Source of the DNA: Cirrosporium novae-zelandiae
Lineage: Eukaryota
Direction: 5' to 3'
DNA length: 64,000 bases
NCBI GenBank assembly: GCA_026023565.1
Contig: JAPETS010000015.1
Location: 310,001 to 374,000, forward strand
Positions 23,801 to 32,994 of the stretch are shown here, piece by piece. The notes beneath the pieces are model-generated. The model ran no database searches and was not told the origin of the DNA. It saw only the letters and a list, made by a program, of their open reading frames with translations. Made by a program: the position numbers and the translations under genes. The first letter of the stretch is position 1. The number at the start of each line of letters is the position of its first letter.

Positions 23801-25210
23801 CTCATCTCGCCATTTCTGTAACCTTGCTTCATTATCGGAAGGCATTAAAAGTTTAGGATGATTGCCTCCTGAACCCCTTTCATCATCAAACGGAAGCGCA
23901 ATTATACAAGCCTTGCCTCTCCATACAACACGTTTTCTAGAGCGTTGAAGTGGGGACGGTGACGATGACGAGACTCTTTGTCTAGCAGCTCCAAGAAGTG
24001 GGGGATGTAGTTCACTTTTTCGAGAGGCTTCCAGCTTGCCCTTCTCCTCGGCAGGAGGAGGTGGAAGTGGTTTATCAAATTCTGGATGATGCTCGTGTGA
24101 TTTCTCAAAATTTGAATTTTGATCCGAATGGTTGGAAGTTATCATGATTGATTTATAATCCTTCGATTCCCCGGATCCTTTCTTTGAGTGCCAAGAGCCC
24201 TCCATATGCATTGGATTTGATGGTGTTTGTTGATGATCCCCTTTCCTCAGCTCGGGGGCTGGTGTGGGATCCGCGTAAATGGAAGCAAACATATTGGGCG
24301 GTGAGCTAGGTGTTTGGTCTAGGTCGCCGGTGAATGTGTCCCAAAAGTCCGCTTGCTTAAGCGTAGCAGTACTGGATTGCTTGGGTTTATGGCGTCGAAT
24401 GCTAGAAGAGGCTTTCTCGTCTTCTGCTCGCTTTGCCTCCTGTCGTTCTAGAAAATTCTTCAAGGTCGGTGTCCTAAGCCCCTCCTCCTGTTGGTGTACT
24501 TTGTCAAGGCCCAGCCAGGGATTATCCTCAAAATCTTCGTGTTTCTCTTCAGTTGACTGCCAATCACTCTCAGCGGAATCGTCGCTCCACCAATTCCCAC
24601 GTTCGGTATGCTGTTGCCCTGAAAGATATTGGCGAATTCGAGCTGTCGTTACTTCACGTGAAGTGAGTCTCTTTTTCGAATCTAATACCGCACCAGCAAG
24701 AGCACGACCAAAGGTCCTTGAAGCGTATGACGAGCCTCCGTCAGTAGTAGATCCAGCCGATCTTACTGTGCCGGTTCTTCTCGAGCCTTTGACACGAAGG
24801 CTATTGTTCCGGCCCGGGGGCGATTCTTCCCCTGACTTGTAAACCGAAACGATTGTCGACGGAGCTCTAGAAGTAGCGCTCGGGAGAGCGTACGGAGATC
24901 CCCAGACGGCAGTATAATAGGCACTACTTGCGTCTGTTGGAGGATGTTCTACCGGAGAACCCGGAGTTTGAGGTCGATCCTCGGCAGGAGGCAATGTCAA
25001 TAGCTGTGGAAGAGCCGGGGAGGGTAATCGGTGGGCTAGATCTGCCGGAGAGGGAGCTGTCCAAAGACTAGCTGATCGCGAATGACTCCCTGTTGCGCAG
25101 GAAGACTTGGGAGAAGAAAGCACAGACACCGAATTTGGGGAAGCTATGAGGGCTGGATCAACAACATGTGTTAGTTGAATAATCGTGTCTAGTTGCAGAT
25201 GGAATGACAT
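17816..25210 (-). CDS. Large protein (up to 2464 aa): disordered N-half with PAM2-like motifs and polyQ, long C-terminal coiled coil, no motor domain (the type often auto-annotated myosin heavy chain-like)
   Basis: Uninterrupted 7.4-kb ORF. Heptad-rich E/K/Q/A region at about aa 1710-2260. Start uncertain (25210 vs 24292). Confidence 0.85.
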   Translation of the reverse strand: MSFHLQLDTIIQLTHVVDPALIASPNSVSVLSSPKSSCATGSHSRSASLWTAPSPADLAHRLPSPALPQLLTLPPAEDRPQTPGSPVEHPPTDASSAYYTAVWGSPYALPSATSRAPSTIVSVYKSGEESPPGRNNSLRVKGSRRTGTVRSAGSTTDGGSSYASRTFGRALAGAVLDSKKRLTSREVTTARIRQYLSGQQHTERGNWWSDDSAESDWQSTEEKHEDFEDNPWLGLDKVHQQEEGLRTPTLKNFLERQEAKRAEDEKASSSIRRHKPKQSSTATLKQADFWDTFTGDLDQTPSSPPNMFASIYADPTPAPELRKGDHQQTPSNPMHMEGSWHSKKGSGESKDYKSIMITSNHSDQNSNFEKSHEHHPEFDKPLPPPPAEEKGKLEASRKSELHPPLLGAARQRVSSSSPSPLQRSRKRVVWRGKACIIALPFDDERGSGGNHPKLLMPSDNEARLQKWRDEGYDTMGFQFQNRNDIAEAGGQSRLVYPDPEESKREWKNGNYKVSVPDQRDWDAYVNFLHEEKLRALGVSFGDEPPSASASATPSLPGVQQILAHHHGLPSMSPPPPTSSRASGHGMGPPNPFSPQFNASTNPTGSIASPASQYAGVHPSNLHIPRGSVSFGMNQKSFPSPFQIPSSAVSPANGIMSPLQYFESQDGSRGSTPFFHGTHPSLAHALGSGSIDISPGITGMPNEQNELLARMRQQQLQAHILDQQQQQQQQQQQQLKLNSQRMRSKTGAGDVLGSFSPAEFHRPELVQPVPRGHHHNLSQNLQNEVDNAQYHMEEPVQNQQMSASETLQKEIDDSQYHLEESIRRQMDEDDEKLQEDEKIYDLRGPLHNGKQHDPLNPLSQHHPIGKEAIFRKEELKEGEISDLVTNPSVSNSPAFKDAFEFQKEHAKSAAAPNPWEGTVLPKERHNSTISGHHPKPSLSKFNVEAKEFHFEPKPPSSNISQPVTETQNNPLGQAKEQSEGQDSTPGIPKGFNVAAPSFTPSAIAAPFMPKSDFNFTGPAFQAGNGLNWGPASGTPNTPNFQANLATEQTVKSNVFGDITFGQYVKPPKASKAITIRKPEDTEKNEEKLSEGHLEDGSGRVSMGDKRTKRVRHEPDAEDQEPQFAESTTVPESLKPQRSPESQRPRSAGQEKRKVTLALDTANEEVEHKSLAKESAQPKDDHKPSPDKWSPFEFDHTDDAASFNAARPPMLNDVLSHNAVKNTADEGKAKISPKQDIKNYTFESASDTEKSNSSSQSAPVTFAASGTFTFAASNSPSPKMTSVKSPRKGTPQPILKGGLEDSRFAFSSSPAASPPPAYEQELEEHDASVETDLHLDEPVDRHETAPFSASGNFKYEALVEPSFDEIDAVMKHLNDEDSDLDEPEELHDEEPISPISQDESNLTQETFLGPNQRYNPRSDAPSPSPRKLDTHQHLPHDSTDIDQQTKQSPEDDTMPQLLYDDSPIRRYESPVHRLNNPEDVTISDWDSVVSPSEDVKLQQRGPFFDTRVDDIVGNILDHRLGPLEQALDSMQKSLVMLTSRSTSRRDRRSMSAEVVHSDADDEDDDEVDVQPRSKSPWQRSQRKTDAIKTAVLDALSAHNTVVQTEQSTPELIKTAVLDALSAHLTAFNKVEQPRNESAEILEALAALKESMVPKSMVEALVAFKETMIPSAVEATPKVDPEMIKSAVEEAIVAQNLMKDNPVSRSRDLAVEEKMQLQLTGLESMLKVADSRAQEEARKRRAVEEELEEMKSRLSNAEEEASQQREAAEQSERSLRNFHDDRQRALIDAQNHAESLEEEIEQLKEAGEQLAVKNSALEGTLEEYRVSKTEWKGEIQETKGENASLKRTIDSMKDVMEDSLRARETLRSKFDKLQEDMTVAAQNIAEDQAKWRRKDQEYQAQVDLLKAQANANSKARERQELEIRGLKDQAREAAMLRFSNERYEQENTKLQELASQLRQESLDHQKHAAALERDLLTAREGAKLEVQRTKALMQADIEAAKHSVNTSKSHFESEAILLRTQLDKAKMDADAAKVRHDLILDEALESKKNALREAAEARENAMQEHYRFHEMTLEELKDHHARTLRDVTEDKQRTEAHLLERLNLADEKTRHMQDKVVHLQEKLEIAKSAANAAAKAAVSGKTITPIPNLDSTATASVFTNMPERISPQALRESIIVLQEQLQEREARIEQLENELSQVDKEAPRKVKEKEIEVNWLRELLSVRIDDLQDIIRTLSSPSYNREAAKDAAIRLKANLEMQQQEKEKAMSGTQSFPSFANISNVVSSPRALPLGVAAAWRSWQKGRDRHSSNSSDAASTGSQTPSKPSSSHGLLAGLLTPPSTSLRQTPKAVDIPTLRQPTSSRPLRSYSGQMRPLRPLGNKDDTPSSLEPPSTPPLMRKGSYDQDAEAANFNASAFEESDDNESSILGGSVSPQEEIGTEDEEEPFSPRKVMPSLADELGEEPPEVGSE

Positions 25211-26475
25211 GGGAAGCTTACAGTCCGTTTCGTCTGATTAAGCAGACGATGAACAATCGTCTGCGACTAGAAGCGCTTGTGATATTTCAGAGATACTTTT
25301 CCATCGGTTAGTTTTCGACCAGTTGGGGATATGATTTGTTGAGGTAGCTGTACATTACAGAGTACTCAAGGAAAATGCCGAAAAGGAGGTTATGTTGGAA
25401 GAGCGTCACACGAGATGAGATGTCGATAATAAAGGCATCTCACAGACTGGACTGTTTTTGATTATAACGAGACCAGAAGGCGATGAGATGGGATGTTCTT
25501 GACGCTCTCTCTCCCTGTCGCGAAACAATACTTTTGAGAGAGGGACGTGTCTCTTGGAGTAAGATTCGAGAAGGGGAGCACTTAGTCTTTAATTGCAGGG
25601 GTTATTATAATACTAGTACATAAATGGATAAATGTGCTCCTTCCCGATACCTAAATTGCCTTGGGGGAAGAGACGAAGAACATCAATTTTTGTTTCTTCA
25701 TTTTTACCCTGTTTGATATCGAACCAAGAATTATAATGATATAGAAATTTATGTTTTTTCTTTTGAATATTGTGTGATATCATTTTTACTTCATCAGGAA
25801 AACAGTGTGATAAAGAAATAATATAATTCCAACCACTAACTTATATAAAGGCCTCTTCCTACCTTCATCCCCTGGTCCTCCTCATCCACTTAAGCATAAA
25901 AAACTAATAGGGAACTTAAGGAATCTATTGGTCAGGCTTGCCCCTTAACCAAAATTTGCTTTTGATAATCTGCCAGCTGGCAAATCGACAACACGTATTT
26001 CCTAGGCATGAGTAATTTCTAAAATTGCAAATATCTTCTTATACGTTGTATAGAAATAATGTAGGTCGCCAACTTACCAAAACCAGTTTCCTGCACTATT
26101 AATTTCATCAACCACCCAACTATTATATGCCGAGCACCTCTATTGAGCACACGCTCCCCAAAGTAGTCTCTGTCTTTTTGAATCTGCTGTTTCCCAAAAT
26201 ATTCTGCTACCAATTCAAGCCATCCGATAATCCATGACATCAGAAGAAAGCCGAAGCAAAGTACTAAAATATGGTTGAATAAAAGTTTATCGGCACGAAG
26301 ACTCAGTCCACCCGTTAAATATTTCCAGACTTAACCTTCAATAATATATGTTCAAACCCTCCATATAAACGTTGCTGCAACCCACCTCTTCCTCCCTCAT
26401 GGCAAATAAGTTGAGGGAAAAAAAACTGTCTGTGAATTTGTCTTCTTAATGGTGGTGATTGCATTCAATTGAACA

Positions 26476-28854
26476 TTGTCCCATCAACTCTTCCCAACCA
26501 CCAACCCAGAGCCATCTAACTACATTTTGTCTTCTAATCCAGTTCAGCCTGGGCCCTATCAGGAATGGTTCTCTTCAATTGGCATATGCCAGCGAGACCA
26601 AGTAGGTTTGAGTCCTATTTCTGTGCTAAGAATTCCAACCAACAAGGTCATACCGGCATTGCGGGAATTCCGAAGGACGCTTGGAAGATGATAAGGACTA
26701 TATCGAAAGATAGTGAGATAGAGATCCGGGTTTCACTTTCGGCACATCGTTACTAAGTCGCATGTTCCAGATCGCATGTTCTAGGAAGGCCTCCGAGTAA
26801 TCCTATCGCCGTTGTCATACCCATCGCATGGCCGATGAGTAGCACAGGTAGTTGAATCCTGCCTGAGATGAACATATCGATGGGTTCCTAGCAGCTCGCC
26901 TTATTGAATGAAGTAGGTAATGCTCGATTCCCTGCAATATCGGTACCACAAAACAAATGCGTTCCTAAACTGTACAAAACCCGATGGAATACTTCGACCT
27001 ATCGCATGACTTTTAGCATTACCGACGAGCTGTTGGTAATAAGATGGATGGCGCAGGAAGGTTATTTTAGGATTCCAGCACTTCCTTCCATCCTCTACCC
27101 AGACATTCGTAGGTGGCTGTTCCATCTCCCGACTTCAGGGTCTCCGTCAACATGTCCTCGGAACATGTTGTGTAACATACAATCCGCCTTAACAAGGAAC
27201 CGTTCTTTTCGTCGAAAACATCAAGTAGAACTATCATTCAAGGCCGCCTACAGAGTTAACTTTAATGCCTTGTGATACATTTGACACAATTTTAGTGTCG
27301 ATGAGGTACCTATTCAGCCCAAGCAACGAACGGGCAGGTTTGATCACCCTAAAATCCCAACACCGCTATATCACAGTGCCCATGCCCTTCGACTTGGCAA
27401 TTCAAGAAGACTGTCTTCAGGAAGATGTATCTTAGCCGATAGCTGCCCTGAGGTGATTTAGGTATCTTCTCAATCTAGAGATTTTCCTTAAACACTTTGG
27501 GCCTTCAACTCGAAGCCAACATCCGAGGTCAGTGTTTTGACAAAAGAACCTGCCGTCAATCGCTTATCCTACGCGGAATTTTCTCCCGTCGATAATACTG
27601 AAATGTTCCAGCCAGCCTTCCCTGAAAAATTCGACCATACCGCTGCAAAGACATCATGTTCTAGCCATTCGATATACCTGGAATGATTTTCGATGTATAC
27701 GACCAGATATGTGCTGCCGATTTAAGGGGAAATGCGGTCAGTGCCTGGTGCCTAGTAAGAGTCGTTCATGTTGGATCCGAAGCTCTCCTGTTTTATGAAA
27801 TCTTCCCCCCTGGTCCTTCGAATCAACGGTAAGAGGCATGTCGGACATGTCTCTGGTCGGGAACGTGGGTCGAATCCTGCAATAACCCCCTGACTCGCGC
27901 AGGAAAGCGGCTGTCGGCGTCAACGGTTAACTTTCTGGTGGGCATTCATCATGGTCGAAATTCGCCACTGAGCACCGCCCCAATGTGGAGATGGATTCGA
28001 CTTGCGCATCAAGTTCCCAGGCAGGCGTAAGCAAGCGTCTTCAAGCAAAGGATGATCTTGGAAAATAGGGGATAGATATGTATGTCATTGAGGTAGAGTC
28101 GACTGATACCGGTTTGTGGCCAGAATTACAAAACCACACTCCTGATACCAGTCGACGCATAATCCAACCCCTTGAACACTCCTCAAGGAGGAAGGAGAAA
28201 ATAGATAGTGGCAAAGAAAACAGATGAAATGGGAAATGTTTCAAGAACTAAACGCGAATTCAGGAGGTCTTCATCCGTATTCTGAGCTTTCATGTGTGTC
28301 CTGGGTCCCAGATAGGAATACTCAATAGCGCTGGAATCCTAGAGCGTAGTACGTTGTGTCATCTTTGCGGTCATCGAATATACACGGGGCGGAGACTAAG
28401 GGTGCCACGGTTGTGTCTTCGTTAGTAACCAATGCAACACTGGAGCAAAGAGCCCAAGTCGGATAATGATGTAGCTATTTAGCCTCAACCTGGAAGTTAT
28501 ACCGTGCTGAGGCTCATGGCACTTCAATACGTCCTCGGACAGACGGGGTATGAGGTGACCATTGAAATGCTGGGGAGCCACCGACCGGGGGGGGGGGGGT
28601 GTGGTTAACCTCCAAAGCAGCGATGGATGCCAAGAGCGTAAGTTTTCCTCTTGTAATGCTTGCAGTATCTTAGGTTAAACGGTCCGACGATATCTGACCG
28701 CAACCGTGGGTCTGATGCGGGTCAATTATTCAATAATGTATCATTGATACCTTCCCCTGGTCGCATCGTTATCGATAGTTGTTTTGACTTGCAGGAAGTA
28801 AAGTGTTCCTGGGCAGTTCCCCTGGTAGGAAGTTTAGAGCGTCAGAAGCGCTAA
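26476..28854. pseudogene. Possible decayed gene or element remnant of unknown family
   Basis: Coding-like complexity and higher GC than the AT-rich flanks, but only short stop-broken ORFs on both strands. No family recognised. Confidence 0.3.
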
Positions 28855-29811
28855 CCCTTTAAATAGTAATCTGACGTCGGTTTTATTGATGGTAGTTTGA
28901 AGTAGAGTTTTTATGACACCTGGGGTTAATTAATGAAGTTTTCAATAGTTCTAGAAAGTTTTATATTGAGTAATCTGTCTACGCGGTCTGTCTCAAACTC
29001 TATACATATATATAATCATGCTTGTATTCTCCTCATTTTTTACCTTTTGGCCCACCGCTCAGGCCGTGGGTTGGTGTTACTAGCTACTGCCTAAGTCCCA
29101 ATATAAGGGAAACACGACAAACTGAACAGACACCAAAAAGCAAAGGTCGCAGAGAGATACACGTTACCGTCAATAAACATGTCGGACAGCCTTCCCTGTA
29201 GCCCATTTTCCATTCCTTCAAAGCAAAATATATTCCCGTAATCCTCAGTTACAGTGCCCGAAACTTAAATTCCAACATCCCGTAGTCATCAACCCCAAAC
29301 AGACAGAGGGAATTCAGCTAAGGAATCAACAGTGCAAGGGAAAAAAAAGACAGAATAAAACAAAATAAAACAGAGAGTGATTGATCCATTTCCCAATAGT
29401 TAATTGCCACCATTATTATTCCTAAGTCGTAGCCTCTTGGTCTCCATCCTCCATACAGAGGGCAAAAATTGTAGTACTAAAACAATGTCAAGAAGACAAT
29501 AACACAAAGAACGCCGTCGCTAGAAAAACATAAGAGAGAGCAGTCGAGTAGTATTACATTAACGGGTATAAGCTATGCAGTGCTTTTCTTTATAACGCAA
29601 TGCTCTAGGGCATCAACAAAATTACCTCGAAGGTGGGAAATGGCATACATTGTGCCAACATAGGATAGATAGAAGCACTTGGTCTGCAAAATTGCAGAAA
29701 TATCCTGCTCATACACTCCTTATATAGTATTCGCTGCCATAGAACCTGATAAACGCAAACATGCGGACATCGAATACATAGTGCTATTAGATCATGTCAG
29801 AGGACAACATC

Positions 29812-32115
29812 TCAAGGCAAACCAAAGTCATCAGCAGTAGAGTTTGAAAAAACAAAGCTCCTCGGCTTTTGCTCTCCAGCTAGCTGCTTTGCCGCAAAAG
29901 CATGGTTTTCTTTTTGATTTGGAAATTCTTGCATTTGGATTTCCATGGGTTTCTGGTTTGGCTCGACAGAAAACTCATGTTGAGTGAAATAAGGATGTGC
30001 AATCGGATATTGTGGATAGTACATGGCGATAGCTTGAGGGTTGTCCGAAGAAAAGTGTGGTGCTTGTTCGTTAGAACGAAGGCCGTATGTTCCATTATCA
30101 TGAAAAACCGTATTCGCGGCTTGATAATTGACAGAGGAAATGTGGCTTGGTTGAGGCATGTTAATCGTGGGAGGTATCGAATGAAATTCAGGCGAGGTTA
30201 GAGGCGCATCTGGCCAGCTACTATCTGTAGGGAGACCAGCGGAATAAGGAGGTGTATAATTTTGGAAATTGGCATATTGCGGCTGTGGTGGAGCCGACAA
30301 TGGAACAAACTGCTGACCATTGAGGCATTGACTCTGACCCTGTAAGAGATTGCCGTGAGGGGTTACCGGGGGTGTTTGAACTCTGGGCATGGATACAGAG
30401 GTTTCAGAAACGGTTCCAGAATATGCATCGAGCATACCCATTTGCGAAGGGTCGAATGGCTGACGTACTCCATATGCGGGAGATGATGCCGGGGCATTGG
30501 ATGATTTGGAAACCGGAATTGTAAATTCGGTGGGTGAACTCGTCGTTGGCGGTGTCAGGAGGTCATCCAAGGCATCCGCTGACTGGAAAGTAGTAGCAAG
30601 TGGAGAGCGTTGTGATGAGCCTGGGTAGCTCTTCTGGACGCGTCCGTTCATGACATTTAGACTGTGGCCTGTGGATTTAATCCTGCGGACCGAGTGCCCT
30701 GGCATAGGATAACCCTTTCCAGTGGGTGACAGAGAATTCGGTCCGAATGATCTACTGCGAAGAGCTGCCGGTCCAAGAGCAGCTGGACGTGGACGTTTTC
30801 TCCTCGCAGCAATGTCCAAATGGCCTTCTGGCCTCTTGAAGACATCGGAGTCGTCAAGTGGCTCAGGAGAATATGCGTTTGGAATCTGAAGATGCGATTG
30901 CAACTGGTGGTTCATTTGCATATCTTGTTCATCCGCGGACGATTGACCATTTGGTTCAACAGAATACTGCTGGATTGGAGTATGCTGCTCAGATGAAATC
31001 TCTGGTTGTTTTGAATCGATTTCAATACCATTAAAGTCAAGGGCCAGTTCCTCCGTGTAAGAGGGATGTCTTTGGAAAGACATTGGAAAAAGGTGATTGT
31101 TTACATCGCTTAAAGATTGAGATGTCATTGGATCCGTAAAGGTAGGCTCGGTATCAGTGAACCGAAAGCCTGAACATTGCAGCCAATCTTGTCCATCAAG
31201 GACCTGATCAAAATCTGGATTTATAGGTGAGGGATTGGAAGGCGAAGCATGCATTGGAAGTGAAAAAACCCTGGACATGCAAAATGGATCGTTCATAGGA
31301 AGAATAGGGGTACAGTTCGCAGAAGACGTAGCACTGCTTCCCCAATCCGAGAAAGTCTTCTCAATTGAACTTTCCGAGACAGATGGAGCCATCATACTTG
31401 TTGCGATGAGAGTATTTTCGCCTGGGGCTGTGGTACTCTCGGTCTGTCCGTCATAGTCTGCATCACACTTACTAGGAGCAGAATCCATTGCGGAAATGGC
31501 ATTCTCAAAGGTGTAGCATGCCTCTCGGGTTTGCTCGCTTTGTTCATTCCGACGAGCGTCACCAGTCGCTAAGTCGAGGGCATCCGATGAGGTGTCCGAT
31601 AATTTTGCTTGGCTTGGTGTTGCTGATGATTCGCTAGCGTGTTGACTGGAATTCGATCTGTAGTTTGCCAACTCAAACTCTTCTCTTTTCTTATCTTGTT
31701 TCGCCTTTGCCCGTCGATTTTGGAACCAATTCTAAAGCATGTTAATTAATCATATCTAGTAGACTCCAAAGATTGCTCTTACATTGACGCGCGGTATTTC
31801 AAGTTCAAGCTCAAATGCGAGCTTCTTTTTGTGAGCGCTATTTGGTTTTGGGTTATCCTGAAACTCCTTTTCTAACCTAGCAGCTTGCTTCTTGTCTAAG
31901 CGCGGCCTTGTCGTAATTTCATATTCCTCCATCTCGTCTGCGATGATTATATCTGGTCGCTCATCATAGCGGCCTGGAATTGGCATACGCCCATCCATAC
32001 CTGGATGAAGTTGCGGAGCAGATAAGGCGAGAGCGTTAGCGTAGAGCGAGGCTTGGTCGGTAGGTCTAGTAGGAATGAGGCCATATGGGGCGCGATGATA
32101 TTGAACGAAAGCCAT
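29812..32115 (-). CDS. hbxA: Homeodomain transcription factor, HbxA/Hbx1/Htf1 type (intron 31732..31782)
   Basis: RPRLDKKQAARLEKEFQDNPKPNSAHKKKLAFELELEIPRVN|NWFQNRRAKAKQ homeodomain, IAARRKRPRPAALG motif and C-terminal FVFSNST. Confidence 0.85.
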
Positions 32116-32968
32116 CTAGAAAATATATGGGATGGCTTCGTTGTTGGGGGGGGAAATTGATTGATTGATTTATTGGGAGGTGTGTCGGTTGAAATTAAAA
32201 TCCGGGGTATATATTACTGCCGGTAGAGATTATCGATGAATCGCGATGCGATGCAGGGAATTGTACTTCGGATAAGGTGATGTTACTGGGTTTTTTGGTG
32301 TTGATTATAGGGCTCAGGAGGATAGGATGCCAATGAGCGACTGGCGAATTAAGACGGGTAGAATTATACGACAACGACGGCGATGGTGAATATAGGATCA
32401 ATTGAAAAACGAGTGACTTGGAGCAGGCAAATAGGGCCTGGAGAGAAAGAAGGCAACAATAGATGGGAGAAAGAATAATGGCGACGAAAGAGCGACTAGG
32501 TAGGCAATGGGAAAGTAAGTAAACGAGAGGAAGAGGAGAGGCTTGAAGTGTGTGAAGTGTGTGAAGAGAAAGCGTGGGCGCGAGGACAGTAGGAAGGGAA
32601 GGAACAAGGGCACCAAAAGGCTAAAGTCTTGTCCTACTAAGTACTGGGCGCTAGGCGTGGGCTGTTGGTTGTGGGTTGTGGCCTAAGCCTTGGCCTTGGA
32701 TTCCGGTGATTCGTGAAAAGATGGGCGGGTTCGGGGCATTTTGAATTTCGGGGAGGGGCGCCATTTTGGGTACAGCACCAACAACTGGTACTTTAGTACG
32801 AAAGGAACTTTTAGGTGCTGACGATTTGCCAGCTGGAGCTCACAGTTGTTAGTTAGAGAGTACTTAGTTAATGGCACAAATAGGATGAATGGTCAGAGTG
32901 TCGACCCTCCCCCCTCCCCCCTCCCAAGAACCCCCTCTCTCTCTTCCTCCATGTCCGTTTGATTTGGC

Positions 32969-32994
32969 CGACCAGACCAGACCAGACCAGACCA
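32969..32994. repeat. (GACCA)n pentanucleotide tandem repeat in the hbxA upstream region
   Basis: gaccagaccagaccagaccagacca read directly. Confidence 0.85.

Noticed and set aside
17816..25210. Myosin heavy chain call
   Set aside because: No motor-domain P-loop (GESGAGKT) or IQ motifs. The resemblance is only coiled-coil composition.
28851..28858. CTAACCCT as a telomerase RNA template
   Set aside because: Only an 8-nt match. No pseudoknot or CR4/5 was recognisable, and a 2-kb downstream transcript would run antisense into hbxA.
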